A stretch of 64,000 nucleotides of DNA from Amphiscolops sp. MND2022 (GCA_964187785.1 OZ076413.1:44268001-44332000), one strand, 5' to 3'; shown: positions 26,086-40,312, counted from the first letter of the stretch. Program-made: numbers and translations. Notes: generated by a model not told the origin, from the sequence alone.

Positions 26086-29000
26086 TGTTGAATTTCATTC
26101 ACTATTTCAAACTCGGACTGAAAACATTTCGACTGACTTTAGTATCATTAGTTTTTGTTCATCATACATTCTGAGAAGTTACATTGATTCTTGTTACGTT
26201 TGGTAACTTTTTACGTATCGAAGACACTCAGAATAAGATGAAGAAAGATTATTTTGGAAAGCTAAAATTGCCCTAAAAGAAACCTTTTTTCTGAAACATG
26301 GCGCTCAAAATGGCAAAAGAGATAACCACAAAAATTTGAAACCTCTACGTAACGACAAAGCGTTAACTGAAAAGAAAAAAACGCGAAGGAATAAACAAAA
26401 TTTACTAGTCTGAAAAAAAAGAGAAAACACTTTGCGAAAAAGAAACGCTTCGTCAAAAGAGTTAAAAGCAAGCAGCTTGGTCACATGAATGTGATAGCAA
26501 AACTGGTAAAAGAGGTACAAACACTAATTTCTGACATAATGACTTTTCCAAAAACACAAAATCTCGTGTGAGAGCGGCAAGGAAAATGTTGATAGACTCT
26601 AGGGTAGCAATGGAAAGTTAGATGAGGAAATGGACGAGGTCTTAGCGGAAGAAGGAGACATAGAAGATGAAGCGGTTACAGAAAACGTAGAGCGGTGTCA
26701 AGAAGTACTGATGCTTTTAGAAGAGTCCTTGTTTAACATTGAGGATTTTGAGGAAGAAATTAAGAAAAGAAGGGGTGAGGAAATTCTGGAACAACAACAG
26801 GGAGCGGCGGTAAACGTGGTATTGGATACAGGAGAACAGGGATGTAGCAGTAGTAGAACAGGTAAATGTTTCAGCGTAAAACTTCTTATTATACAAGGTG
26901 AGCGGTACAGAAAGAGCTTTCAAGGAAGGTTCAAGCAGGAAGGTAGCGGAGGTTCAAGCAGGCGGAAGAAGATTGGTCTTTAGTGTAGATAAGGAGCAAC
27001 GAACACAAGTCGTGGCTGGCATTCAGTCGAGGGCGGAGATGTCATGGCATCCGTGTTGGCACAGTTCGATTCTTTGGGGAGTAGCGAAAACAGTTTTCAA
27101 GGACATCACAGCCAACCGAGCTGACTGGGAATGACAAATTTGAATCCAATGGAGCTTCAAAGTGTAGCGCAGTCACGATTGTGGTGCAACAATGTGTTGT
27201 TGAATGAAATTTCAACTTTTGCGCTGATTTCGGCAGGAATTCTGTTCGGATGTCATTGAGACCAACAAAATCAACAAGCGGTCAGAGGAATAGAGGAGCT
27301 TCAACGGACTCGGAAAAAAAATCGTAAAGTTCATCACTTCGAATGCAAAGAAGTTGATGTTGAAAGCGGTCGGCGAGCTGGAGGAGTTGGCGGTCGGAGA
27401 GATGGAGATGTTGGAGTTGTTGGCGGATGGAGAGTTGGAGATGTCGGAGATGTTGGTGCAGACGGAGATAGAATCAACGCGGTTCGAGGAGAGGCAAGTA
27501 GAATAGCCGCTACTGACACAACACAAGATCCACGCAAAACAGAGCAAAACTGCCGTCATGTTTTCAAACGACGAAGAAGACAGCGCCACAATTTATTCAA
27601 AATCTAGTAGAGAACATGCAAAACGGAAAACAACAATCAGAAAGCGAAAAAATAAGGAAACAACAGACTACNNNNNNNNNNNNNNNNNNNNNNNNNNNNN
27701 NNNNNNNNNNNNNNNNNNNNNNNNNNNNNNNNNNNNNNNNNNNNNNNNNNNNNNNNNNNNNNNNNNNNNNNNNNNNNNNNNNNNNNNNNNNNNNNNNNNN
27801 NNNNNNNNNNNNNNNNNNNNNGCGACGAAAATGACAAAGAAGAGCAACAAAAAAGAACGAAACAACTGAAAAAGAGCCTCAAAGCGTTCTCAAGGCGTGT
27901 CAATGTAAAACTTCTAATAGTGGAACTGCCAAATTTCGAGGGAACAGTCACGAAGTGGATGAGTGTCAGAAATCTTTTCGGAAATGCAGTTCACGGAAAC
28001 TCATCATTGTCAAAAATTGACAAGTTTACCTACTCGAAGGCAAACTTGACAGGGAAAGCAGCAGAAGCTATTGCCTGTTTGCCACTCACAAGTGCAAAAT
28101 ACGACACAGCGTTGGGGCTTTTGGAAAAAGAATTCGGGGACAAGCAGAGGTTAACAGCGAATTTCATGAGTAGGCTCGTCAAGATTTCCAGTGTAGCGGA
28201 GAGCAGAGAAGTTGTGAGGTTAAGGGGATTTATAGGACAGGTTGAGGTCATGATTTGAGGTTTGCAGTCATTGTCAGTTGACAAAAGTACATTTGGTTCG
28301 CTTCTCATTCCAATCTAGTTGGAGAAGATACCTGAGGATATCAAATTGAAAGTAACGCGTTTGATTTTATCAAAAATTTGGGATTTGAAGGAACTGTTGC
28401 AGCTTTTCAGCAAAGAGATCGAAGCAAGGGAGAAGTGTGTTTTCTCAACAAACAGGGATAAGGTATCGGGACAGTCAGGAAAACCATTTGCATGTGATTA
28501 CACTACTTCATCTTTCGTTAGTAAGAAACAGGAAAAAGGGAGGTTTTCTGTTCAGGTCAACACAGTAGTCATAGATGCCTAGTAATACAGTCACCGCAGG
28601 AATGAAAGAAGAAACTGATGCAGAACGGACGATGTTTTTGGTGTATGTAGTCTGAGCATTTATCGTGGGTTTGTAAGGTGGAACGAGGATGTTTTATGTG
28701 CGGGCAGAAGCATCATCAAGCTATTTGTTTTAAAAATATGTCAAAAGCAGGAGCAGAGGGGAACACTTCAGGCAAGGGTGGAAATTGAGAAAACAGTTCT
28801 CATCCGGCGGGGGCCGAGGACAAGGTTTCGAAGGGCAGCGATCGTGAGCAGAAAGCTTCTTTTTGTTCCAGCTCTAGTACTTTGGTTCTACTCGAAACGG
28901 CCATTACCGGAGTTTATGATGGCAAGGATGAAGCATGTCGAGGAAGAAAACTTCTAGACAAGTGTTCGCAACAATCTTTCATTATGGACGAGTTTGCAGG

Positions 29001-32000
29001 TTGAAGGTCGTGGGTCACAAGGCTTTTATGGTGAACGCATTGGTTCTAATGTGGTTCATCAGGTTGAACAGAAAGTATACGAGGCTTCAATTGAGACTTT
29101 GTCTGTAAAAATGGTTGTTCATCTGCTGGGGATGAACATTACTTGTTCTCCGTTTTGTTCAGTCTATGCACGTTCATGCTGTCAAGGGACAGCATCGTTA
29201 CTTGAGCAACCTTCAATTAGCGGATGAATTCAAAGATGACGTCATGGGGGGCTTTATGTCAACGTTATAATTGGTTCAGATCTTTTTTACAAGTTTGTGA
29301 TATCGCACGGCATTGACGGTTGCTGCGGTAATAAACTTAGCGCGGTCATCAGTAAGTTTGGTTCGGTTTTGTCGGGGCCTTTGCAGTGCAGGGCTGAAAA
29401 ATCTGAAAGTTCGGTGGGAACTTTCTTGAGTTCTGGACAGGGTGCAGATACTCTGTAGGGAAAGGTCGAATCTTTCTGGAACTTGGAAAGCTTGGGATTT
29501 GAGACAGAAGACACACTATACTTGAGGATTTCGAAAAAACAGTTACTTTCAACTGGGAAAGGTACGTAACTAAGCTTCCGTGGAACGGCAATGAAGAGTT
29601 TTTACAAGATCACAAGAAGATAGCAACAAGCAGGTTAGAGTCAACTACGAGAAACATCATTGCTAAGGGTCAGTTGAAGGAAAATGATGATGTTTTGAGG
29701 GAACAAGCAAGTGAGGGCTGGTCTCCAGCAGGAGGTGCTAGAATAAGACATGAACACGAGCAAAAGGTGTCATTACACACCTCATCATGCAGTCATCAGA
29801 GAAGACAAGGCAACCACGAAGCTCAGGGTGGTGCTGGATGGTGCAACGAGGTCATCAAAGTTTGACTTTTTAAGGAATGACTGTCTTTCGAAGGGTCCAA
29901 ACTATTTGGTGTCTTCGTTTCTATCTTTCTAAGGTTTAGGTTATTTCAGGGAACAGTTCTTGCCGATATTGAAAAGGCGTTTCTTCAGGTTTGTGTACAT
30001 CAAGACGACATTGATGCATTAAGGATTTTTTGGTTTGAAAATCCGTTTGATCACAACAGGAAGGTAGCAGTATTTAGGTATTCGAGGGTGGTTTTTGGCT
30101 TTGTTTGTAGTCCATTTCCTCTAGGCGCGAGTGAAGAAGATAAAATCATGCTGAAATATTTCATCGACAGCTTTCATGTTGACGATTTGACTCTAAGTAT
30201 TCCTACAGTGGAAGAAGCGGAGGGGCTGATTTCACTCTCTGAAAAGGTGTTAGGTGAGGCTGGGATGAGACTGAGAAGATGGGTGACTTACAAGTCGGAA
30301 GTTTCCCAATTCTTAGAAGAGAAGAGGCTGTTGGAGAGCATTTCCGGAGGATTGGTAGGCTTGAAGGTGTTGGGGCTTTCGTATCAAACCCAAGAAGATG
30401 AAATTCACTTTGATTTTTCCACGCTCTTGAAATGTTTAGCAGAAAAAGACAAACTGACAAAACGAAAAGCGCTGGGAGTAGTTTCTAGCGTCGACGATCT
30501 TTAGGGTTAGATTGACCAGTGGTCGCGGAGCTCAAGTTAGCAATTCAAGATCTTCGGAAAGAGTCGCTGGGTTGGGACGACATTTTGTCAGAAGAAAGTG
30601 GTAGGACATTCCAGAAGTTCTTCAGGGAGAGAAAAAAGAAACGTTGGTAATTCCAAGGCAGTACGTTGAGGTATAAGAAAGCTATGGAAGTGAGCTTCAT
30701 AGTTTTGCAGATGCGTCTGAGCGGGTTTGTCCTGTAGCTTGTTATGGTCGTGCGGTTGTCGCAGTAGGAACCAAAACGTTTTTGATGGCCTCGAAAACTA
30801 AGTTGAGTAGCTTGAAATCGGGAACCTTTCCAAGGATAGAGTTGTTCGCTGCACTTTTAGCTGCTAGACTCTAAACGCGCGGAGAGCGACGACGAAGTCA
30901 GTTAGGGTCGGATTTAGTTATCATTTTGCTATGGAGTTGATTGCAAACAGCCAACAACGGGCAGTTCATCCAATGTAGATTGTTTGAGATCAGAGGGCTA
31001 CCTGATGTCAACTCATGGTACTATGTACCTTCAGACGAAAATCCGGCGGACATTCCGTATAGAGGTTTACGGGTTGGTAATCGTAGGGAAAGTCAGCTCT
31101 GGTGGCAAGGGTCAGTTTTCTTGAAACGCGAGGAGTGGATTTGGTCATCCAACGAGGTCAGAAAGGGAGACGTTTGCACAACAGTTGCAGTTGTAGAGTG
31201 TTCATCGGAAGTTGGGTTACTAAGTGTAGTAGACTGCAGGCGTTGCAGCAAATACTCCAGGTTTGTAAAGGTAGTAGAACTTGTTCTGAGCGTATTGGAG
31301 GGTTTGCGAAAGATGCGATTTAGCAGGAGAGAAAAGCAGACGGAGAAAATGATTCTTTTGGCAGTACAAAAGGCAGGTTTGCAGGAGGAGTTGCAATTTC
31401 TTGAAAAGCAGGAAAGCATCAGCCTTCGAGGGTCAAAGAGCTTCGGCTTTTGTATCAACGGACGGGTTGATATGGTGTCAGACAAGGTTACCGGAGGCAC
31501 AGTTGTTATCGTTAAAAGCAAAAATCCAATTCTTTTACCTGCAGGGGAGTACATAACAGACCTAGTCATCATGCACTTTCATGAGAGGGTCAATCATAGG
31601 TCGGTGTACAGGCAGCGTACTCAGGGTAAAATTTTGGGTAGTCAAGGCGAGAGAGCAGGTTCGACTGGTGGTCAGGCAATGCACGTTGTCTCAAGCGGCA
31701 GCTTTCACACACATCGGGTAGACTTCGTGGGACCACTCTACCTCGAGTATTTTGATCCCGAAGCTGGAACAATAAGGCGTGCACCTGTTGTTTCACACGT
31801 GCGTCGTCAAGAGCAGTTCATTTGGAGGTGGTCACACAAAGTCTTACAGTGGCAGCTTTTTTGCGGGCTTTCAAAAGATTTATGGCAAGAAGGGGCCTTC
31901 CAGTGACAATTTATTCCGACAACGCAACGAAAGGAATCTCAGCGGAGCGAGCGAAGATGTCAGGGCCTTTGTGTCTTTCCTTCGCCAGAGGTTTTCCAAT

Positions 32001-32967
32001 CGTGGAAATGGTCGGAAGTTCAGCGTGGAATTAGCACCCTGATGGGGAAGTTTCTGGGAACGACTAGTGAGATCTGTCAAAGAACCACTGAGAAAGGGAT
32101 TAGGTCGTAATGTTATAGGGTACGACGAACTGGTCACAGTAGTCACCGAAGCTGAAGCGGTGGTCAACAGTCGACCTCTTGGATACCTCTATATGGACGA
32201 CCCTTCAGAGTGTCTTTCTTTAACGCCTTCTCATCTCCTCAACGGCAGAAGTCTTTTGGGTTCAGCCGTCGCAGTTCTTGAAAGGAGTCTGTAATCAATT
32301 AAACCACGACAGCAATTTCTGAAAACACTGGTCGATCAACTTTGGGCAGTGAGGTCAAAAGAGTATTTGATAGAGCTGCACGTTTACCAATTCTCCATCA
32401 AACATTTTGTCGAACCCGCTTCCAAGGGAAAATGATATAGTATTATTGAATAAAAAACGCCCGCGTGATTGTTGGGCATGGGAAAATTGTCCAAAGTAAT
32501 TATCGGACGAAATCGTCAAGCCAGAGTTGCTGAAGTTAGTTCATCCGGGAAAACTTCCCGGAGACCACTGCGATTGATTTCACCTCTTGAAATAATTAAG
32601 GATTACTTTTTGTTGCTCTGAAATTTAAAACTAACTTGTACAAGGTGAAATCAATTGGTACGGTAAATCCGCTTTATTCGACATTCAATTCAACCTGCCG
32701 CGCCTTTCGTCAATTTAGCTTCGCACCCATCCCTTCTTCAGTGCTGGCGGGAGGATGTTGAATTCCATTCACTATTTAAAACTCGGACGGAAAACATTTC
32801 GACTGACTTTAGTATCTTTAGTTTTTGTTCATCATTCATTTTGAGAAGTTACATTGATTCTTGCTACGTTTGTCAACCTTTTACTTATCGAAGACATTCA
32901 GAATAAGATAAAGAAAGATTATTTGGGAAAGCTAAAATTGCCCTAAAAGAAACTTTTTTCTGAAACA
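26086..32967 (+). mobile_element. Decayed BEL/Pao LTR retrotransposon
   Basis: LTRs at 26086-26298 and 32756-32967 (~93% identical, TG...CA); PBS-like TGGCGCTC at 26299; PPT-like ggcgggagga before 32756. Gag VELPNFEG...SKIDKF at 27920; RT YTPHHAVIREDKATTKLRVV and FHVDDL; RNase H HSFADAS; integrase GSFWERLVRSVK. Heavily disrupted; TSD not seen. Confidence 0.9.
27672..27821. other. Assembly gap (150 N)
   Basis: Run of N inside the gag region of the BEL/Pao element. Confidence 0.99.
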
Positions 32968-33018
32968 TCAGTTTGAATTTAGCCTTTGCCAATTTTAATC
33001 CGGTCAACGTGTTTACAG

Positions 33019-33760
33019 TCATTCCAATTCACAACTATGTATCATTTGCCTTGGCAGGTTGACGTACTTATCAATCTGTAACACAGACATTATGAAACTG
33101 AATTTAGAGAAAAAGTCCAAACTCCAAAGGAATATAACCAGAAAATGAAACAAGAAGATTAGTGGCACTGCTGTTTTTTCGTAATTCGGGACGCTTTCAG
33201 AGGCCTTTGAACACATTGTTGGAGCAACAACAATTTTAACAAAGCAAAATAACAAACAATGCCCAATCAATGCCCAATGCTCAAACGTCTAACTTATCCG
33301 ACTTGAACATAATTCTAATATTGCAACCAACTATGATTGTTGCTGCCGGTAATCAAACTTGTTGCTGAATAACACCCTTATTTTGCTGAAAAGTTGGTAA
33401 TCAAACAAATATGGTTCACACGCTTGTATTTTGTTCCTTGATGACAATGAGCAAAACTTTTCAAAATTGAAACACACACGGAAGAATTCAAAACTTTCTT
33501 TGCGGATACATAATAGTAAGAGTTCATGTATTTTTATCTCGACGTATCTTGACTATATTTTTCCTTTTTGTTGACTTTTGCTTTGTTTATGAACGCAAAA
33601 CATTATCTTCAGTGCCATTCTTTTCTTCGAAATTTCACCTAGATTTTTTGTCTGAAACTACTGAGATGACTGGAAAGTGGAACATACGAGCGTAGAGATT
33701 AGAATGTAAAGTTCCAAATCAAGAGTTCAGGGGATCTAATCTCGCACCTGTCTCATATTT
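33019..33760 (-). pseudogene. Possible pseudogene of a multi-pass membrane protein
   Basis: One minus frame of ~245 codons with 4 internal stops and hydrophobic stretches (HWALIGHCLLFCFVKIVVAP; AVPLIFLFHFLVIFLWSLDFF). Confidence 0.3.
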
Positions 33761-35618
33761 TTCTGAAAAAGACATGGACGATTCCAAAGTATGTAAATGG
33801 AAGCAGTAATCGGTCGCAGAACACATTAGTGAAAGTGTAGGAATCTGCAGAATGGGGATATCGCCCGAGTCTGCCATCCTTCGCCACAAGTCCACTTTGT
33901 CTCCAGGATTAAAAAAGTTGTCTTCCCGTAGGCTGTGAGGGGATCCCGCTTCAGCTGAATACTTACCGACAGGTCATAGCCTTTGACTGCTATAAGTAAC
34001 AGGCATCTTTCTGCTCATCCTACGACCACGTCTGAAATAGCTCATAAAAGCTGGGTCAATAGTGAAGTAAATTTCCAATTCCAAGATGGCAGGGTGCTCA
34101 TGATCTGAAATCTTCAAAAGTAGCTCTCAAGTCAGAGAATACAGCTATAACAGCAACAATTCATGCAACCATACATCGAAACAGCAGACTATACAGCTAA
34201 AAGTGTGGTAGTATTTGGGCGCCAAGTACCAAATGAAGATATTCATGTAAAAGACTCATTTTTCGGTTTCCGCTACCTTGGGTGGCATTTTGCTAAAATG
34301 TGTCAAAACCGTACCGTAGGTTAGGCACCTGTAAATATAATCCGTTTCGAGTTTTATGGTTCTCAGTCTCTGTCTGTCCTCAAGCTCTCTCGGTCTGCCC
34401 TCGTCTTCGTATTTCGTAAGAAAACAGCGAAATGAGCAATCACATGCTCAAAATGCTGAATCAAAATCCTGAAAACAAATTCCGAACATCATGTTTTGGG
34501 GGTAAACGCAATTGATATTAGAGGGTGACATTACAGTAGATAAAAGTTGTTTGGCTCTATGCGACTACGTGGGGAAGCATTTTTTTTGTTTTATTAAATT
34601 ATCCTTTCTGTTGATATATTTTCCACCGAGAAAATGCTTCTTAACAGCAAGCAAAACTGTCTCCATTTGCATCTTTGGCACTGTGCGACAATTTTCGAAA
34701 AATTATCATCAAACTTTCCCATTGTTTTCAAAATACTTTCAGTCAAGAAAAAGCAATTTTTAGCCTGAAACCCTCTTTCGGTCCTAAGATACTTTTTTAT
34801 ATTGATTTTCAGCAAATAGGCCCCTCTAGTGTGGAAGTTTGCATCGAACCAAAGTCGAACATTCAATTTATTCAAATCAAATTGTGAAAAACTGTTGTTT
34901 GATATAACGTCTATTTCTGTATATCTGGGTGGTTAACATTATATTTGACTTTTGTTGCTTTGATGAAGGTTCATGTTCTAATTCTAGTGTCGACATTTCG
35001 TTGTTTTCAAATTAAACAATAAAATACTGTTTTCTGATATAACGTATGTAACTATGAAAAATGCGGCATAACCGACTGATTGATGTTGTTTTCGAACTAT
35101 TGCAGGTTTTGCTGATACATAAAACATGGATGGAGATGAGCTGCTTTGAAATTTTTATATCTTTTGTATGCAATTATAAAAACCCTATTAACGATAAAAA
35201 TTGCGCTATATCTGAAACCTTGACATTATAGTTCAATTGTTTTGTGTTTGTCGTGACAAATGCGAAAGAAACACTCTTTCCTGATTACCATTTGGAGTTC
35301 TATATGCATTTTTGCATGAACCAGGTTACAGATCTGTATAAATATTTGATATTATAACACATTCCGATACTCCTTCTCTCTGAAAAAACTGAGACTGGAA
35401 GGTGATGCCTGAGTTTTTTCTAAAGGAATTTCAGCAGTATTTACGAAAAATATCACAGTGCCATTGTGTCTCTTGTTCTGAAATAGATTCTACCCGTATA
35501 ATGGTTTTCATGATTGTCATTCATCGTCGCTGAGTGATTATTTCACATCTTTACTTTTCTTCAAGTCATATCCTCCTGACTTATTTCAGGTTCTCATTTT
35601 ATGATAAATCACAGAGTA

Positions 35619-36773
35619 TTTTACGTCTGCAAGGTATGATAACAAAATCACTTACCAAGCTTTACGACGGCCTGGTTGACAACTTGCGGGCACGTCTAAG
35701 AATTGTTTCTGCGAGAAAGGCACTTGCAAAATCCACTACTTTCAATAACTTCAAAATGTCCCTTCTTTTCAAGTTCTGGACAATACCTATTGTTTAAACA
35801 AGTTTCCGAGGTCGGTGAAGCAATTACTGCATCTGTGACCACTTTTCGACTTGTTTAGAAAACATAGAATTTACTGACTTGAAGAGTTTTCTCATAAAAC
35901 TCACTAAACCGTTGACTCGTCGATGAATTTGGGGAGTAACAAATCGTAGTCGATTAACTTTGCCAAAAGATTGAAAGTCTTCTGTCTCAAAACCTTTCCA
36001 AGCGAAAAATTGCCAGAAATGCAATAATAATATATTGTTGGAATCTCGAATCCAGTATCAAAACAAGAACAACTTCGAAATAGCTCTATAATAGCCCAAG
36101 TTAACTTGAATACTCAAACGATAAAGTTCCGAACAATTACTTTCTTGGTTGCTTGAACAAGGAATATCGACCGTTTTCAATCTCACCTTTTGGGTCTCTC
36201 TTTCAAGAAGGAGTTAACTTGGGTTGGTAACAATACAGGAAATTACACAAACTGCCATGTTTACAATCAAATATGAGGGCACCATAAAGGTTCTATAATG
36301 ATACATAAAGTTAACAAACTACCCACTTTCGAGGCGATAAAGCATATAAAGATATTGGTATATCAACATCTGAAGCATACATTTACACGATTTTGTGGTC
36401 CTTTAATATATTTGTTATTTGCCCACCAAAGCTTCTATCAGGTTACAAATGCTCTACCGGCTTCCGCCTGGGCTAGATATAACCAAATATGACCACTTGA
36501 CAGGTTAAATACACAAGCAGGATGATAAATTACCAAATTTGTACTATATTAGAAGAAAAGTCTGATTTTGCCCCAGAAAAAAATATTTTTCCAAATTTTT
36601 GCATTCGATTTCCGGTTTTTTGCCCTAGATGGTTTAGTTAGCTAAAAATATGTCGGTTGCCGACCATCCTAGAGTGTGATTCCCAAAACTCAATCTTTTA
36701 CAGCCACCAATTAGGGGCTATTTTAGGGTATTTTTCGAATAGCTGATTTCAAGTTATTTTCGAGGCGCCAACA
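35619..36773 (-). repeat. 3' LTR (1155 bp)
   Basis: Near-identical to 43389-44542; the pol stop at 36749 lies 24 nt inside this LTR. Confidence 0.95.
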
Positions 36774-39757
36774 ATGCCGGCCCCGTTTTCAGACTGAAAA
36801 CGCTCATTGAAGACTGGCGCCAACTTTACTACAGGTCGTTTGAAGGTACCGTCATGAGTTTTGATAAGCACTGATCTCACTACACCATCTTTTGCTGGAT
36901 AAATTTCTTGAATACGTGCCATCTTGTAATGAGACCTTTTCACATTGTTATCCACCAACCAAACTAAGTCGCCAACTTCAACATTGGCTTCTTGTTTACT
37001 CCATTGGTTTCTGACATGGGTTTGGGGTAGGTATTCTGCAACCCATCGTTTCCAAATCATATCAGCATAAGCCTGACACGACCGAAACATCTTGCGATGA
37101 TTGGAATAAACTTCAGCATTGGGGATAAAGGGTATACAAATATTCGCACGACCCAGAATAAAATGATTAGGCGTAAGGGCCTCCAAATCAGCAGGATCAT
37201 CACTTGCTGGGGTAATAGGACGTGCATTCAATGTTTGTTCAACCAAGCACATGGTTGTAGTCAAAGATTCATCAGTCAGAGATCGATTTCCCAGAATTGC
37301 CATCATTGCTTTCTTGCAACTTCTGACCAATCGTTCCCAAACACCCCCAAAATGAGGTGCCCCAGGAGGGTTAAATTTCCATGCAATATGCTTTTGAGCC
37401 AATTCTGATGTAATTTGATCGTGATTCCACGAGTTGATGTACTCTTTCAACTCTGTCGCGGATCCAACAAAGTTAGTACCATTGTCACTTACGATGGTTG
37501 TTGGCTTGCCACGTCTGGCGATAAATCTGTTGATAGCTACCAAGCAAGAATCTGTGTCGAGGCTTCGAACCACTTCGATATGCACTGCTCTGGTAGTCAA
37601 ACATGTAAACAAACAGCACCATCGTTTCATGGATCGTCGTAACAATTTAACTTCGAATGGACCGAAATAATCCATTCCAACGTGGGTAAAGGGATATGAC
37701 TGATAATCGAGCCTCTCGGCAGGTAAATCGGCCATGAGAGGAGATTTTATCTGCGCACGTAATTTGCGACAGTAAACACAATTGCTTTTATTGCTCCTCA
37801 AAGCATTTCGTAGTCCCAAAATCCAAAACTTCTGTTGTATTACGCTTCTAACATACTCTACTCCTTCATGGTTGTGTTCCAGATGTAAATCACGTAACAT
37901 TACACTAACCATATCGTGTTTTGTGGATAAAAGAATTGGATGTCGCTGTTGGAAGCTCAAATTTGCATGTTTGATGCGACCTCTTATTCGAATCATACCG
38001 CATTCATCGAAAATTGGAGAAAATTTTGCCAAATCTCCACCTTTGCTTGTCTTACCAAACATTTGCTTCCCATCATACACTTCAGGAAAGGTTTCTCGTT
38101 GGATTAGTTTCAGAATCTTTTCTTCCGCTCGTTGCAGTTCACATGGAAGTAATACCTTAGATTGACTCTTGAACTTCAAACGTAAGCAAAATGCAATAAC
38201 TCGCACACATTTGGAAAAACTGTTAAACCTGCTCCAATCAACTATTGGCTCCTGAGTCATGCTTGTGTTCGCAATTACTGCAACTGCAGCATGGTCATCA
38301 GGCACCAAGTTATTTGGTTGCAGAGACGAAGGCCAATCGTCAGGATGGTCTTTGAGCCAAATTGGTCCAGCTAACCAATCACTTTCAGTCAATTTCTCTA
38401 TAGTAATTCCACGCGTCCCAATATCAGATGGATTCATTTCACCTTTAACGTGCTTCCACTCGTCAATTGTGGAGTTTTCCAATATCTCAGCTGCTCTGTT
38501 AGCTACAAAAACATTTTGTTTTTTGTCAGCTGAGTGTAACCATTGAAGCACAGTAACTGAATCAGTCCAATGAGTAACACTGTCAATCCGTAAGTCATGT
38601 TCTTGAACAATCAAGGTTCTCAATCTGACTGAATACACTGCTGCTTGCAGCTCTAGACGAGGTATAGACAGTTGTTTGATGGGAGCTATTCTACATTTGC
38701 CCAAAACAAAAGAGACTTCGACTCCATCATTGACTTCTGCTCGAAAATAAGCGACGATGCACATGGCTTCTAGAGACGCATCACTGAAGATGTGCAGTTG
38801 AACGTTTTTGGGGTTATCAGAGAAATAATTTCTAGGAAGTGAGGTGTTTTTAATTGTTTGCATTTCTGTCACCCAATCTAGGAATACCTGTTTATCATCA
38901 TCCGCAATTTTTTCATCCCATGATTGGCCAAAGCGAATCCAGATACTTTTCAAAAGCATTCTCATCCGCATAGTGAAAGGTGCAAAAATTCCCATGGGTT
39001 CAAAAACTGAGGAAACAAAAGATAACACTACTCGTTGAGTAATGTCTTTCGGACATTCTTTGTTAGGTCCTCTACATACTTGTAGACAATCTTCATCGAT
39101 TATCCACTCCAAACCTAGAATGGCAGATGATTCTGCATTAAGCGTGAATTCGTTCGCTTCTAATCGATCTTCTACTGGGATTATTTCCAAAACTTCCGGG
39201 CTGTTGCTAGCCCACTTCTTCAATGTGAATCCACTGCGTTTGAGAGTCTCTACCAACTCTTGGTAACAGGTAATAGCTGCCTGAGGACTATCAACACTTT
39301 TCACTAAATCGTCCATGTAGAAGTTTCTATCTATGGTCGATGCTGCTGAAGGAAAATTGACTTTGTTGTCTCTTCCTCCCTGTTGGAATCCGTAGTTCGC
39401 ACAAGTTGGAGAACTTTTTGCCCCAAACACGTGTCTGTTGTACTCGAAGATTCCGATGCTGTCCTCACGACTTTCACGCCATAGGAAACGAAGTACTTTA
39501 CATTCCTCTTTCGGAACTGCTACTTGCAAAAACATGGACTCGATATCGGCGGTAATAGCTATTTGGTGTTCCCTAAACCTAAAAACAATTCCAACTAAAT
39601 TTCGCAACAAATCAGGTCCGCTGAGAAGTTTGTCATTCAAAGAAACGCCTTTAAACTTTGAAGCTGCGTTACAAACTCTTCTGACCTTGCCTGGTTTGTG
39701 TGGGTGCTTGACCGGATGATGAGGTAAATACCATTGCATGTCATTCTCTGTACTCAC
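36749..39757 (-). CDS. BEL/Pao Pol portion: reverse transcriptase, RNase H, integrase (1002 aa)
   Basis: YLPHHPV...[21 protein letters not shown] (RT); [20 protein letters not shown] (RNase H); H-x3-H...CVYC, GMDYFGP, SDNGTNF, GVWERLV (integrase). Catalytic motifs look intact. Confidence 0.93.
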   Translation of the reverse strand: MSTENDMQWYLPHHPVKHPHKPGKVRRVCNAASKFKGVSLNDKLLSGPDLLRNLVGIVFRFREHQIAITADIESMFLQVAVPKEECKVLRFLWRESREDSIGIFEYNRHVFGAKSSPTCANYGFQQGGRDNKVNFPSAASTIDRNFYMDDLVKSVDSPQAAITCYQELVETLKRSGFTLKKWASNSPEVLEIIPVEDRLEANEFTLNAESSAILGLEWIIDEDCLQVCRGPNKECPKDITQRVVLSFVSSVFEPMGIFAPFTMRMRMLLKSIWIRFGQSWDEKIADDDKQVFLDWVTEMQTIKNTSLPRNYFSDNPKNVQLHIFSDASLEAMCIVAYFRAEVNDGVEVSFVLGKCRIAPIKQLSIPRLELQAAVYSVRLRTLIVQEHDLRIDSVTHWTDSVTVLQWLHSADKKQNVFVANRAAEILENSTIDEWKHVKGEMNPSDIGTRGITIEKLTESDWLAGPIWLKDHPDDWPSSLQPNNLVPDDHAAVAVIANTSMTQEPIVDWSRFNSFSKCVRVIAFCLRLKFKSQSKVLLPCELQRAEEKILKLIQRETFPEVYDGKQMFGKTSKGGDLAKFSPIFDECGMIRIRGRIKHANLSFQQRHPILLSTKHDMVSVMLRDLHLEHNHEGVEYVRSVIQQKFWILGLRNALRSNKSNCVYCRKLRAQIKSPLMADLPAERLDYQSYPFTHVGMDYFGPFEVKLLRRSMKRWCCLFTCLTTRAVHIEVVRSLDTDSCLVAINRFIARRGKPTTIVSDNGTNFVGSATELKEYINSWNHDQITSELAQKHIAWKFNPPGAPHFGGVWERLVRSCKKAMMAILGNRSLTDESLTTTMCLVEQTLNARPITPASDDPADLEALTPNHFILGRANICIPFIPNAEVYSNHRKMFRSCQAYADMIWKRWVAEYLPQTHVRNQWSKQEANVEVGDLVWLVDNNVKRSHYKMARIQEIYPAKDGVVRSVLIKTHDGTFKRPVVKLAPVFNERFQSENGAGIVGASKIT
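36774..36790 (-). promoter_or_regulatory. Polypurine-tract-like site
   Basis: GAAAACGGGGCCGGCAT immediately precedes TGTTGG of the 3' LTR on the minus strand. Confidence 0.6.
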
Positions 39758-39796
39758 AATTTCCTCCTGTTCCAGTTTCCGTACAAAATGATTTTC

Positions 39797-40312
39797 TCAG
39801 TCTTTCTCAATGGTAGCTTTGTAAGCTTCTTTCAACTCTGAATCCTTACTTAATCTTCTCTCCATTGACAGAAACTGTTGGTAAGCAGAATAATAGTTGT
39901 TCGGCAAGTTAGCGTTGTCATCGGCCCAGAGGAGTCCTACTTCATAACGTTCGCCGTTATGCTTGGTAGTTTTTTCCAAGATTGCCTGGGCTCTCTTTTC
40001 TTCCTTAGAACGTCCTGAGACATCACACACAGACGCGTATGTCTCCATGTCCCACTATTTCTTCATTTGATCCGCTAAAGGATCCGAAGACACGGAGAGG
40101 TTACACGTTGCTCCCAAACAGTTTGTTTCTGCTTTGGGTAATGCTCCACTCACTGTCCATCCCAAAGAAGTTTTGACCGCCCAAGGTTCATTCCTATCAC
40201 CTGACTTATATTCAAGAGGTCTGATCAAGTGATACGCGTCTTGACCAAGAATGACCTTGACATCAGCCATCGAGACCTTTATATCCGGCAAATTTTTCAA
40301 ATAGGAATAAAT
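39797..40312 (-). pseudogene. Protease-to-RT linker of the same frame, carrying in-frame stops
   Basis: Pao-typical ILGQDAYHLI, AVKTSLGWTVSG and RYEVGLLW motifs are in frame with both flanking ORFs; stops at 40313, 40055 and 39797. Confidence 0.85.

Noticed and set aside
27212-27589. 125-aa minus ORF resembling a secreted protein
   Set aside because: The plus strand reads as Glu-rich gag-like sequence inside a BEL/Pao element, so the hydrophobic, Ser-rich look is an antisense effect.
35534-36492. Short ORFs repeated at 43594-44262
   Set aside because: They lie inside the two LTRs, lack recognisable domains and are duplicated only because the LTR is.
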